DNA of 64,000 nucleotides from Octopus sinensis. Taxonomy: Eukaryota. Position numbers and translations under genes: made by a program. The notes under the pieces were generated by a model. The model searched no databases. It saw only the letters and a list, made by a program, of their open reading frames with translations, and was not told where the DNA came from. Below are positions 13,450-26,100 of this stretch, one piece after another. The stretch's first letter is position 1. Every line of letters starts with the position of its first letter. The stretch is taken from NCBI RefSeq assembly GCF_006345805.1, contig NC_043004.1:106268001-106332000 (forward strand). Reading direction: 5' to 3'.

Positions 13450-13790
13450 AAGGGTAAAGACACCCATCAGTCATGAATGACCATAGGATTGCACCTAGAA
13501 AGTTCCCCTCTAAGGCACAACTCTGGGCAAGGTTATTTATGGAAGACCAGCAGTCAGTCATGCATGCCGGTCTTACCTCTCCATGCCACTGATGTCATCC
13601 AAGGAAAGGCAAAGGCCGATACAGCCTGGCACCAGTGATGTCACGACTCATTTCTACAGATGGTTAAACTGGAGTGATATGAAATAAAGTGTTTTGCTCA
13701 AGAACACAACACACAACCCAGTCCGAGAGTTGAACTCACTACATTATGATTGTAAGCCTGATGTTCTAACCACTGAGCCATGTGCCTTTA
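13450..13790 (-). mobile_element. tRNA-derived SINE, second family
   Basis: Reverse-complement head (TTCTAACCACTGAGCCATGTGCC, GTTGAACTC) and GAAATAAAGTGTTTTGCTCAAGAACAC core, also seen at 6.7 kb and 20.1/20.55 kb. Confidence 0.65.
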
Positions 13791-13815
13791 CATGCTTATA
13801 TATATATATATATAT

Positions 13816-14612
13816 ATTATATTAAATTAGAGATAAAACCACTATTAGGCAAATCAAACGGAAAATCATAAGCCAATACATAGAAATAAAATTAATTAAA
13901 AAATATTTAAATTAAAGTTAAATTTTTAAAAATTAATAAATTAAACTTATAAATTTTAAATATATATATATATGTATTTTTTTTATTATTATTACAAAAT
14001 TAAAAAAAAATTTTTTAAATTTTAAATTATCAAAAAGTATTAAAAGTTTAATATAAGATAAAGAGTAAAAACACTACAATCGTTTCATGCCCGTAACCAA
14101 TTCAAATAACAATAATAATCATTTAATTTCAATTAATAATTCGAATTATGGTTACAGTCAATCTTCAGGTTAATTGTAATATTTTAATAAATAATCAGAA
14201 ATATTTAAACAATATTTTTTAAGAAATAAATAATGTAATAAATTTTCTTATAAAAAACTCTATTATCAAACTAAAAACTTAACGATTATTGTTATTATTA
14301 TTAATATTATTGTTATTTGAATTGGTTACAGGCATGAAACGATCGTAGTGTTTTTACTCTTTATCTTTCAATACTTTCTGATAATTTAAAATTTTAAAAA
14401 TAAATAAATAAAATAAAAAATAAAATAAAAAATAAATAAATAAATAAAATAATAATAAAAATATATATATATATATATATTTAACATTTTAACTTTAATT
14501 TAAATATTTTATATTTATTATATTTTTTAATTAATTTTATTTCTATGTATTGGCTTATGATTTTCCCCTGTTTGATTTGCCTAATAGTGGTCTTATCTCT
14601 AATTCAATATAA
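13816..14612. mobile_element. ~800-bp inverted-repeat element within (TA)n, probably Penelope-like-derived
   Basis: 13816-14120 is the reverse complement of about 14300-14612; a hammerhead-like core lies on the minus strand at 14070-14175. Confidence 0.6.
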
Positions 14613-14704
14613 TATATATTTATACTATAAAATTAGATTTAATCCTAAATCTAATTTTTCCATGTAAGTTTGGATTTACTCCCTAATATTTTATTTTATA
14701 TATG

Positions 14705-14755
<51 letters not shown>

Positions 14756-15325
14756 TCAGTACACCTGATGTCCCCCACCTTCTTTTTTATATATGACTCT
14801 TTCATCTGTTTGTTTCCTGTGCATATTCTATATACTGTTCATTCACTTTTGGCTACTTTTTCTGATGAGTTGTTGTGCACCTGAGATCTGTATACAATAA
14901 GTTCATTATCATTTATTATCATTATCATTTCATTATCATTTATCATTTATCATCCACTTTTCGATGTTTGCTTGAGTCAAATAAATGCTTTTTCTGAAGC
15001 CAACCTTCACATCTTTCCAAATACGATAATATGATCCCATGACCAGAAACATGGGAGATTGGAAACAAAGGACACACCTTGCATGACAGTGACACTCATT
15101 TACAGCTATCACATGATGTTAAACAAGGAGACAATAACTCACACATGCACATTCATCATCATCATCATCATCATTTAACATTCATTGTCCATGCTGACAT
15201 GAATTGGACAGTTTGACCAAAGTGGCAAGCTGAGGAGTTACACCAGACTCCAGTCTGATTGCCATGGTTTCTTATGGCTGGATGCCCTTTCTAACACCAT
15301 TATATATATATATATACATATATAT

Positions 15326-15931
15326 ATTAGAAAAAATAAGGTAATCAGAAATCTGGATGGTTGAACATTTACAGATTTTTATTAATATGCCATGCTTTTA
15401 TAAATCATAAATTAGTGCTTGCATCTACTCTAGTAGATTCTTCAAATCTGAAAAATCTACTAGAGTAGATGCAAGCGCTACTATATGATTTATAAAAGCA
15501 TGTGACATATTCATAAAAATCTGTAAATATACAACCATCAAAATTTCTGAGTACCTTATTTTTTCTAATTTATAATACCTGTACATCACCTCCAAACCTT
15601 GTAATATATATATATACATATATATATATACATATATATATATACATACATATTGGAAAAACTAAGGTACTCAGAAATCTGGATGGTTGAACATTTACAG
15701 ATTTTTATTAATATTGCCATGCTTTTATAAATCATAAATTAGTGCCTGCATCTACTCTAGTAGATTCTTCAAATCTGAAAAATCTACTAGAGTAGATGCA
15801 AGTGCTACTATATAATTTATAAAAGCATGTGACATATTCATAAAAATCTGTAAATATACAACCATCAAAATTTCTGAGTACCTTATTTTTTCTAATTTAT
15901 AATACCTGTGCATCACCTCCAAACCTTGTAA
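15326..15931. repeat. Two tandem copies of a ~280-bp unit, each containing a ~245-bp palindrome, separated by (TA)n
   Basis: Copies at 15326-15604 and 15653-15931 are nearly identical; each folds around TTCTTCAAATCTGAAAAA. Confidence 0.9.
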
Positions 15932-15942
15932 TAAATATATAT

Positions 15943-15978
<36 letters not shown>

Positions 15979-16228
15979 CTCAGAAACACACATATACGAC
16001 AGCCTTCTTTCAGTTTTTGTCTTCCAAATCTGCTCACAAGATTTTGGTCAGCCCACAGCTATAGAAAACGGCACTTGCCCAAAGTGTTATGAAGTGGAAC
16101 TGAACACAAGACCACATGGTTGGAAGGCAAGCTTCCCAATCACATAACTACACCTGTGCCTAAACTGTCCAATCCATGCCAGCATGGAAAACAGATGTGA
16201 AATGATGATGATGATGCTAATATATATG

Positions 16229-16259
<31 letters not shown>

Positions 16260-17714
16260 TTATAGACAATAGCCAATTCAAAGCGCATCTATCATATACT
16301 TCAGGCCAGTCTCATTTATCAGCATCAGAAACAAGATAATAAAATTCACAGACAATAACTGAGCAGAAGTCTACTTGCTGAAAATAAACTTCTCATTCTG
16401 AAAGGCAATTTGGCTTCCAACCAAACCATAATAACAAGAGAGGAGACTGTATTACCTGAGTTGTCTTTTCTCAGACATAAATTAATTAGCTAATTATGGG
16501 TCAGTACATCTGTGTCGTAGCTATGAACATCAAAGCGACTTCATCAGAATCCAAAGCAATGGACTGGGCACTGAGCTTAAAGACCCAGGCCATGTAAGGA
16601 CAATTGCTACAGTGGTTTGCAAAGCTATGTTGCATTGAACCCATCCATCCTTCAAAGTCCTCCTTTGTCGACCAATCTTCTGATGCATCATTTATCACTA
16701 TATCTAACTTCATTAGTCCTCAAATTAATTACTTCTAGTTTCGGTTTACAGTTGTCTTGATTGATCAGCTCTCTCCATACTTTCTCCACTGCTGAATGTG
16801 TTCATCAAGTGTGGCTGGTCAATTTCCAGCTATGATAAGGCTGTGAACTCCTTGATTGGCCTTTATAGATAGAGATAGATAAAGTGAAACAGACAGAATG
16901 AGGAGGTGGGAAAAAAAAAATGCAGGAAGCTTTTTTATCACAAAATTTTAAAAAACTATACATACAGCACACACACACACACACATGAATGAGAATAAAA
17001 TATGTGTATACATTTATGTGCAACTGTATATATTTGTTATCCTCTGATTTCTCTGCAAATGGAATAACTACTTTGCTAAAATAGAAAGATTCCTTAATTG
17101 ACCTTCCCAAATGTTATCGTGTTCTTGCTCATACTCTTTAGTCACACAACTAAATTTTATGCTTGTTTTATTCATTTATTTTCTGTTACCATTCTTTTAT
17201 TTTATTTTAATATAGTTTTTTTTTTAGTTATAATCATTAACATCTTTTAATTATATTTTAATGAAACATTAATGGAACTTTTATAATTTATTTTCTAGAA
17301 AATATTTAACCCTGATTTAAAATATGCATTATATCTATAATTAATTCATTAATTGCTGTTGTTTTGTTCTTTTTATTTATTTTTATTTTATTGAGGTAAG
17401 AGGTGGAGAAACTGTTTATATTTTTCTTGTATATTGTTCTTTTTGAAGTTTGTTTACTTAACTTTGTTTAAAAATAGATTTGAATGTAATTCTATAAAAC
17501 AGAGGATAATAATTTCTCCCATAATATAATAATAAGTATAGTTTAATGCAGCATTCAAATATAGCATATAAAATACTGAAATATAAACCTAATTTTAATT
17601 ATTGATAATAACAATTAGTAATATGGATAATTATTGTTTATTATTATTGATGTTGTGATTAATAACATCCTTTTTATTCAATGTGGTTTCTTCATTTTTC
17701 ATTTTCAATTCTAG

Positions 17715-17980
17715 TATCATCTAACCAGACAACCCAGGAAACGAGTCCTGACCTCGACCAGCTGGAAGCAGCAATACAGGCCATGCATACCACTGTGAAA
17801 GAACCGACACCCCCTCCTGTTCAGCCAACACCGGTACCAGTAGTAACAACGCCACCCCCAGCGCCAGCACCAGTTGTCCAGCAGCAGCAGCAGCAAGAGT
17901 TTATTCAACACAAGAGTGAATCATACACCACAGTGACTTCACAAACTTTCGAGAGCCAAAAGCAACAGCATCAACAGTCT
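17715..17980 (+). CDS. TNS: Tensin-like gene, exon C (phase 1/0); alternative donor at 18049
   Basis: TTCTAG|17715; encodes SSNQTTQETSPDLDQLEAAIQAM...QQHQQS; donor GTGAGT at 17981 is phase 0, matching the phase 0 acceptor at 37648. Confidence 0.85.
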
Positions 17981-20144
17981 GTGAGTACTGTGCAGCGGAG
18001 CATGTCCCCCGTGTGGGATAATGTCATAGGCTATCCAACCAATAACTTTGTATGTATTGTTACCACTTTACCACTAGCTTGCTGGTAGTCCCCACCGATT
18101 GTTGTGCTACTCTAAATTCAATATTAGTTTCCTACACAAAATACTAAGGATGTACACATGTATATATATATGTGCGAGTATATGTATGGTTAGGCCTACA
18201 CTGACAAACATATATACATACATACATAGATGCTTTAGCCTCTTCAATGCTAAGATTCTTAGATAAATGATATTTAGTTTTATACATTTGTAAGCAATAA
18301 TCTTTGTGTGAGAAATAGCAAGAAAAATAATAAAACCCTACCTCACAGGGATCAAAGTGCGCATTTCTTGCTTTCTGGGCCTTTTTCATCTCACATTTTT
18401 ATTTAAAAATCTATAACAGCCCCCTCCCTCCCTCCCACACACACATACGTGCTCATAAATGTTCATATATACATTATTGTTGTTCCCTCGACACAGTTTG
18501 AGCCCATCGGTCAGCCCCTGCACTTTGCCCTATCCCAGTGCACGAGGCCAAAAGTGGGCATCCAGCTTTGCCGCCCATCCACCACAATCTGTTTCAGCTA
18601 GGTCAAGCAGCACCAGTTTCCTATGTTTGATCTTCTTTGGGTTGAAAATTCTTTTTTTTAGAACCACAGAATTTTCTGGAGATGGAAACTGTATCTGTGT
18701 CGATGTATATATAAACACTCACACACATTAATATACAATCTCATATCAAAACACTTGCCATGCTAATACTTCTCCATATATAAATATATATATATATATA
18801 ATGCCATGTGTGTTGCAAGGTATTGTATGTAGGTTGTATAACTTACTACTGTAAGCAGTGGCATTGCCAAGTTTTGACAATGTGTCTTGCTATGGTGATT
18901 TCAATTTCCTTTTCTGTACTGGTCCTTGTAGCAAGGTGCATAACTCTGCTTTGCTCAAATTTATTTATGACATAGAATGGGACCTACACTCTCCTTTTGG
19001 CTTAAAAAAAATACTTCTTTAATGAAATAAAATTTAGAAAACATTATCTCACCTACGCAAATACTGATAAACAGGTGTATGTAAAACAACAGCAAAAAAT
19101 GTTGCATACTTACTCTTCAGATATTTCAATATGTGTTATTTATTGAATAATGAATTTAATTAAATATCCTAAGATTATTTTGATCATAATCAAAAGTTTA
19201 CTCAAATATCTCAATAATATTTAAGTTATTGGTAGGATTTCCTAGATTTTTTTATTCTTATTTTTTCGAAATGTAGAAATTAACTATTTATTGTTAATCA
19301 TTACAAGTAATTAACAGTTTCTTCAAAGACAATATATTAATATATAGTGCTTAATTGTAGGTTGTAGTGAACTCATATTAATTAACATTGTCACATTGAA
19401 GTATAGATGATAAGCCACTAATTCTGACTAGGTAATTAATATCTTAGTAACTAATTGTAGAGTATTATAATTAATTTAGTTGTTTATTAATAAAATAATA
19501 TATTAACTTACCATAACAAAGTATTCAGAGTAGCACTGTCTGTGGATCAAATCCTGCTGATGTCAAAAAGCATTCTGCAATAAGAAAATTTTCTTTAAAG
19601 AAATCTTGTGTAAATTCTCAAATTTTCAATATTCTTAATTTGAATATTTTAATTAATTTTAACTAATAATTTTACTAGAAACTCATTTATTTAATTATAA
19701 CTCTACATTCATATTTGTATCATTATAACACCATCATCAACAGGATTTTGGACTACCAGACTGTTTTGCTTATGCTGTTTTTTTTTATGTTTGCTTATAT
19801 CAGCTGACCTGTTTTCTCATCTCTTACACTTTTGACCAAAATACAAAGCACCTTTTCTATACTGGCCAGGTATCTATTCTGATCTCTGCAGCTCCAGTTT
19901 CTTCTTGCAACTGGTGCAGAAAAATATTATCTCTGTGGCTTTATCTTGCTTCAGTACCAGTCATATCATAGGGATTGAACCTGTCGGTATACACTTCCCC
20001 TATAAACTATGGGTTAGTTCACATTACTCCATGAGGAACATAGGGCTGGCTTCGCTGGCATGTATATTTCTCCCTAGATGGGACTCTGGTCCATAATCAT
20101 TCTCACCACCTGAGTGGACAAGAGCAATATGAAATAAAGGGTTT

Positions 20145-20537
20145 TACTCCTTTACTTGTTTCAGTCATTTGACTGTGGCCATGCTGGAGCACCGCCTTTA
20201 GTTGAGCAAATCGACCCCAGGACTTATTCTTTGTAAGCCTAGTACTTATTCTATCTGGCTCTTTTGCCGGACCGCTAAGTTACGGGGACGTAAACACACC
20301 AGCATCGTTTGTCAAGCGATGTTGGGGGAACAAACACAGACACACAAACATACACATATATATATGGATATATACGACGGGCTTCTTTCAGTTTCCGTCT
20401 ACCAAATCCACTCAAAAGGCTTTGGTCAGCCCGAGGCTATAGTAGAAGACACTTGCCCAAGGTGTCACGCAGTGGGACTGAACCTGGAACCATGTGTTTC
20501 ATAAGCATGCTACTTACCACACAGCCACTCCTATGCC
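20145..20537 (-). mobile_element. Young full-length tRNA-derived SINE nested in an older SINE
   Basis: Near-identical to 58033-58427 and to the reverse complement of 54453-54839. It splits the GAAATAAAG..GTTTT|GTTTTGCTCATGAACAC core of another SINE. Confidence 0.9.
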
Positions 20538-21414
20538 TATGTTTTGCTCATGAACACAATGCATCACCTGGTCCAGAAATCGAAACTGCAATCTTACGAT
20601 CGTGAATCCAGCACCCTAACCACTAAGCCGTGTGCTTCCATGCACTGCCCCTATAACTTGTGCCAACAGTAAATTATCATTATTTTTGACATACCAAATG
20701 GCAATATTTCAGAAAACAGTCCAGCTGGTAACCTGCATGACTACCAATGTTGTTTGCTTTTCACCTGATTATGTTGTTTTTTTAAGTATTGTAATTGTTG
20801 TTGTTGTTGATATCCTTTCCCCAAACGACCACCACTGCATGTGATGGGCTGTTGAATGTGACATGACACTGCACTTGGTTCACCGGTTTTTGTTTTCCTT
20901 TGTGTGTGTTGCCAGCTTGTCACCTTCCTTTTTTGGCTGATAGGTCCACCTTTGAACTGTTCTACTTGCATGATTATGGTAGTCACCCATTTTATGGCTT
21001 CACCTTCACTATCCACCCTTATTGTTATTGGTTTGGTATTGGTTTTGGTATTGTAGATATAGTTTCTTCACTGTGTGAGATTTTTTTTTTTTTGTAGATA
21101 TTCTATCTTCCTCACTGTGTTGTGACGTATCTCATTTTCTTGTTTCCTATGTGTTATGTTTTATCAAGAAAATAGAAATGCCTGGATTGTTTTTGTTTTT
21201 TTTTTTCTCTGTACAAGAAACCTTGATCAACCTAATTATGTATTTTTGCCTTTTGTGTATAAATGAAACAAACTCCTAATCCTTTCGCAATGAGACGAGA
21301 CAAATATGATTTGGAAGTTTCATCTGTTCAAGATTAATTTAGAATTGGTTTTATCTAAATATATTTTTTATTATCTATTTCACACTTTCTTCATGAATTC
21401 ACTAGTTGTAAAAA

Positions 21415-21625
21415 GTAGCGAGCTGGCAGAATCGTTAGCTCACCAGGCAAAATGCTTGGTGGCATTTTATCCATCTTTACATTCTGAGTTCAAATTCCAG
21501 TGAGGTTTATTTTGCCTTTCATCCTTTCAGGGCTGATAGAATAAGTACCAGTTGAATACTGGGTCAATGTAATCAACTCACCCCACTGCCATTAAATTGC
21601 TGGCCTTGTGCCAAAATTTGAAATC
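21415..21625 (+). mobile_element. SINE of the GGCGAGCTGGCAGAA family
   Basis: GCGAGCTGGCAGAATCGTTAG...GAGTTCAAATTCC...GCCTTTCATCCTTTC; same family as 27558-27955 and the decayed copies at 30.8-31.3 and 51.1 kb. Confidence 0.75.
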
Positions 21626-22019
21626 AGTATTGACTAATTGTATTGGACTAGGCATTACACTGTGTTGTCACAAGCTGATGTCACTTGTGAAAAGGTTAAC
21701 TTATCAAGAATAGAATCTACAGTTAGAATAGTGATGCCTGCTAGTTACTCTGTTATGTAACATCACTAGATGCTTCTTCATCAAATGATTCAACCCTATT
21801 GTCAAGTGATCACTGTTCTTTTAAGATGACTTTTTGTTATTTAGTTGAAGAAATATTCCAGATTTGCAACTACTTCTTTATTTCTGGATAAATGCTTTAC
21901 AGTGGAACTGCAATATTACACTTTGAATATGAAATTGTATTCAGCACTCCACATCACAACTTGACCAGCTCTGGTCTACATACGTGGAATTATTGCCTCA
22001 GTGCACAATAAATTTATTT

Positions 22020-23900
22020 TGAGGCAGCTGCAGTTGATGACAACAGGAAAAAAAAACGAGTAATTCTACTCTGTGTTCTCATGCATGAAATGATGACAAA
22101 CTAACTTCTGTGAGTGCAAAAGGATCTCCTAACATAGTATTTTTACTCACCTCAAAAAGGAAGAATCTTAACTTAGCCATGTTTCTTGACTAAAAACATG
22201 TGATTTTGATAAGTATGATATTGATAGTGCATTAAATAGAAACTTGATTCATTGAGAAGACATTTCATACTACAAGAATAAAATTATTGCAGTCATCTGA
22301 CACAGGTTAAAATGTTGACAATGTTGGTGCAGACACATGATCTAGTTGAAGAGCGAGCAATGTGGGAAAAAAATGCTTTTACTACATACAGTGATGATGA
22401 TCATATCAATTTGATTAGGCATTCTTGAAATAAGGATTATAAAAAATGTTTGTTTTAGTTGTCGTTTGAAATATAGCATCTTTTCTAATTCTAAATGTCT
22501 GGCAAACGAGAAAATTTCCCATTCATTAAATAAATAAATAAATAAATAAAAGAAAGAAAGAAAAAAGAAAATTGGTCTCTTTGTGAGATATATGCAAATT
22601 AAGGAAACCATAGCTTTGAAATTTGTGTGATGTTCCTGTCCATGATAGCATAAAGAGCAATGACAATAAGCTGCATGGGAAACACCATCTGTCAATGATG
22701 TTCAATTTAGTTTTCAAACTTGGTGATAAATAAGAACAGCAAATGAAAGATGTTGGAACAGTCACATCATTCATCTTCAGTTTGAGAGTAGCATGCAATT
22801 TAAGTGATGGAGCAATATTCATGAAAATTAAGGAGCAAAACCAAGATTTGCACCACTGATTCTACACAAAATTAATTTGGGTCACACTTAAAATCTGCTG
22901 TCTTTTCCCTAAGATATTTCTCACCAAATATATAACTGGCGAGTGTTTATTGAGTTGTGGGACAGCCTCTTGTCTTGGTTTTGTTTGAATAAACTGGATC
23001 AACATTTTATCAACAGTAAAAGATGATTCAATCTTTAAGTGGTTCTCAGAAATAAACAATGTTGAAAATCTTTGCCAAAATTATCAATGGACCATTAGAT
23101 AAAACTTGTAACAAAACCTGCAAGACAAATTTTTGTGTAAAGAATCAAGTAAAGAAGAAATAATCTTTTAAGATTGATCATTTGTGTGAAAGTGGATAGT
23201 TTCATTATTGACTACAGTATCAAAGACAGTTGGCCATGTCCATTTATTTGTGGAGCTTTGCAGAGCAAATATGGTTAACCCACCAAAAGAAACAATGCCT
23301 AATACCTGCTGGAGAGTAGATAGTGTTGATAATAGAACATCTGACATGAAATACTTTGCTGATCAGAAAATGAAGTGACTACAGATAATAGTGATCTATC
23401 CATCTTGGAAAAATCAACAACCAGGAAAGTACCACTCAAACTTTTATTTGATTTGTTCCACCATTAACAAGAAAAAGGGTAAATCAGTTCCGGTCACATC
23501 TGTAGATGGCTTGACGATGTTGACCATATCTTACATCATGCTTGTATCTCATCAAAGCTAGTTTGTAGAAGAAATCAACCAATGAAATTGTTCACAAGGA
23601 TAATGCCATGTCACATGACGACAAACCTGACCAGAAACCACCTGAACCATGGTACAACCTGTGTAGGTCTAGAAGAGCAAACAAGGATGTTCCAGTAACC
23701 AGACAGTGTATATGGAATAGAGATGAAGAAAAGATATAACATCCATATGGTAGTGTAGCATACTTCACAGAATTTACATGCTTACCGTATGAGCTGCTAT
23801 TTAAGGTGGCTACCAAGTCAGTGACTGAAAGTTTGGTTATTAAGTTGAAGAAAGTTCCAGAAGTCAAAGACCTCTTGCAATTTCAACATTGTTTTAGATT
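22020..23900 (+). mobile_element. Heavily decayed Ty1/copia-like LTR retrotransposon internal remnant
   Basis: Fragments in copia order: frameshifted CEIC-KLRN-H-SFEI-C zinc knuckle (~22582-22626); integrase-like VKDDSIFKWFSEINNVEN (~23015-23070); RSRRANKDVP linker (~23665); RT-like ATKSVTESLVIKLKKVPEVKDL (~23809-23875). No LTRs seen. Confidence 0.45.
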
Positions 23901-25433
23901 GACACTTTACAATTGGACTTTGAATATGCATGTCATGCAGATGACACAATGCTCAGAACAGTTATGGACTATGAAAGGATCTAATAGTACTTTCTGATTT
24001 TAGCACTAGGCCAGCAATTTTGAGGGGGTGGGGAAATCAGTTAAATCAACCCCAGTACTCGATGGTACTTTATCTTATCAACCCTTTAAAGAATAGAAAG
24101 CAAGGTTTCTCACTGTATTTGAATTCCAGATTTAAAAAGCCAGTAGAAATGTTACTAAGCATTTTGTCCAAAGTACCTAATGATTCTGCCAGCTAATTGC
24201 CCTAAAAGATCTAATAGGTAACAATATGATTTCTTGAATTGGAAATCAGAACTATAATAACTTTAGTATGAAGACTTAATTAGTACAGAATATACATTAT
24301 CAGTTTTCTTGTTAATCAGATGTCACTGACCCTGCCATAAACTATAGTCTTCAGATGGTTAATCCCCATTATTTTATAATAATAATAATAATAATGATGA
24401 GGAGGATAAACTTATTGTGTATGGTGCTCAAGTGCACTACAACTCATTAGTAGCTAAAAGTGCATGAACGGTATACAGAATAATACACAGGAAGTAAATA
24501 GTGAATGAATCATTTAAAAAAAGGGGGATGTAGGGGACATCAGGTGTACTGTTGGCAAATTTTAAGAAGTATGGAAGTTTTGGAAGATGTAGTGTCCCGA
24601 CAACTGATGTGCGTAATTTACTCTATGCTTCAGTAATTCTGAAATAAATGTCTCAAGATCCTTAATTCTTTGCCCCATATTTTGCATTAGTGTTGTTGGT
24701 CTATATCTCCATCATTGAACGGAACCTCTTGGGAAGGCTGCACCACAATATCTAGCAAAGGATTCTGCTTTCAAAAGTATCATAATCTAGTTGAGCTAAA
24801 AAGAAAATCCTTTTTTTTTTTTTATATTTATGTATTTATTTTTTAATTTGTATTTAACTGCTCTTATCTTCCCGAGAGTGACTCCGCAAAGGAAACATCC
24901 TGTTTCATTGCTATCATATCATTTTGACATCAGAGATTGTTTTCCTTGTATGATTTTCATCTTTACATAATTCACACCCACCTCTCTCCATCTACCCATT
25001 CCAATGTCCCCACTGACACCCCCCCCACCTTCAGCCTACATCTATCTACATGTCAATTATTACCCAGTTATGTTCATCATTTAAGGATGACGCACAAATA
25101 AAACCATTTTCTAATTAGGCTGTTTTAAACATGGAGTAATTAAATGAAATGACTTGTTGAAAAGATAAGATTACATCAGAATGACATGTTACAAACTAAG
25201 ATGCAGATTGTCATTGCACGAATAATTGGTTTCATTGCATTTATCTTCTCACTGCTGTCATTTGATTCATATATATCAGTTTCTATCAATGTCTTTCTGT
25301 AAATCCATCAGTAGTTCTGTGGGTGGCATCCGCTTCTATTCCTACATTTTATCTTCTACTATTTCTCTTATTGTCTTCTCTATCTATCTTCAAATTTTTC
25401 TGTACTTCCTATTATTCTCTTTTGCCCCCTGAC

Positions 25434-25475
<42 letters not shown>

Positions 25476-25890
25476 CACCATTTTCTCATTATTTCTTGCT
25501 GTTGGCAGAACCATTAAAGTGCTGTAGAAAATGCCTCACAGCATTTATAAGTACTCAGGGTCAATCCATTTGACTAAAATTTTTCAAAGCAGTGCCCCAG
25601 TATGGCTGCAGTTTAATGATTGAAGCAAATAAAAGACACATACAACTGTCAAACAGTCAATATAGAAGGCCTCGTACAAAGCATTCGTCGTTCTTAGACA
25701 TCACTCAGTCGTTTGATTCCATTTTATGCCATACAAAACATCATCAGTATCATTGTCTCTAAACTTTCTGAGAATGGCAAAAAACAAGAGAAGATGCATT
25801 TTATTGATGAAAGTCTCTTCAGACAGATATACCAAATTAGTAGTTTTCATTTATCCTCAAACAGCTCTGACTGAACAGAATTATGATTAA

Positions 25891-26100
25891 CCCTTTCGTT
25901 ACCAACCTGGCTGAAACTGGCTTTGGCTCTGTAGTACAAATGTCTTGTTTTCATAAGTTCTGAATTAAAATCTTCCACCAAACCTTAGGTTCCTAACACT
26001 AGCTTAATGATAACTAAGTTATTTTACTAAATTCTTTGTCATATTTAAAATAATTAAAAGAAACACAAATCATCTCAAAATAAATACAGTAACGAAAGGG
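25891..26100. mobile_element. piggyBac-like MITE
   Basis: TTAA|CCCTTTCGTTAC ... GTAACGAAAGGG|TTCA; partial relative at about 2350-2481. Confidence 0.8.

Noticed and set aside
14860-14900. CTGATGAG hammerhead-like core in the LINE 3' tail (also on the minus strand at 10.2 kb and 3.7 kb)
   Set aside because: No properly spaced stem II plus GAAA follows; these lie in a CR1/L2-type 3' UTR or an unrelated hairpin.
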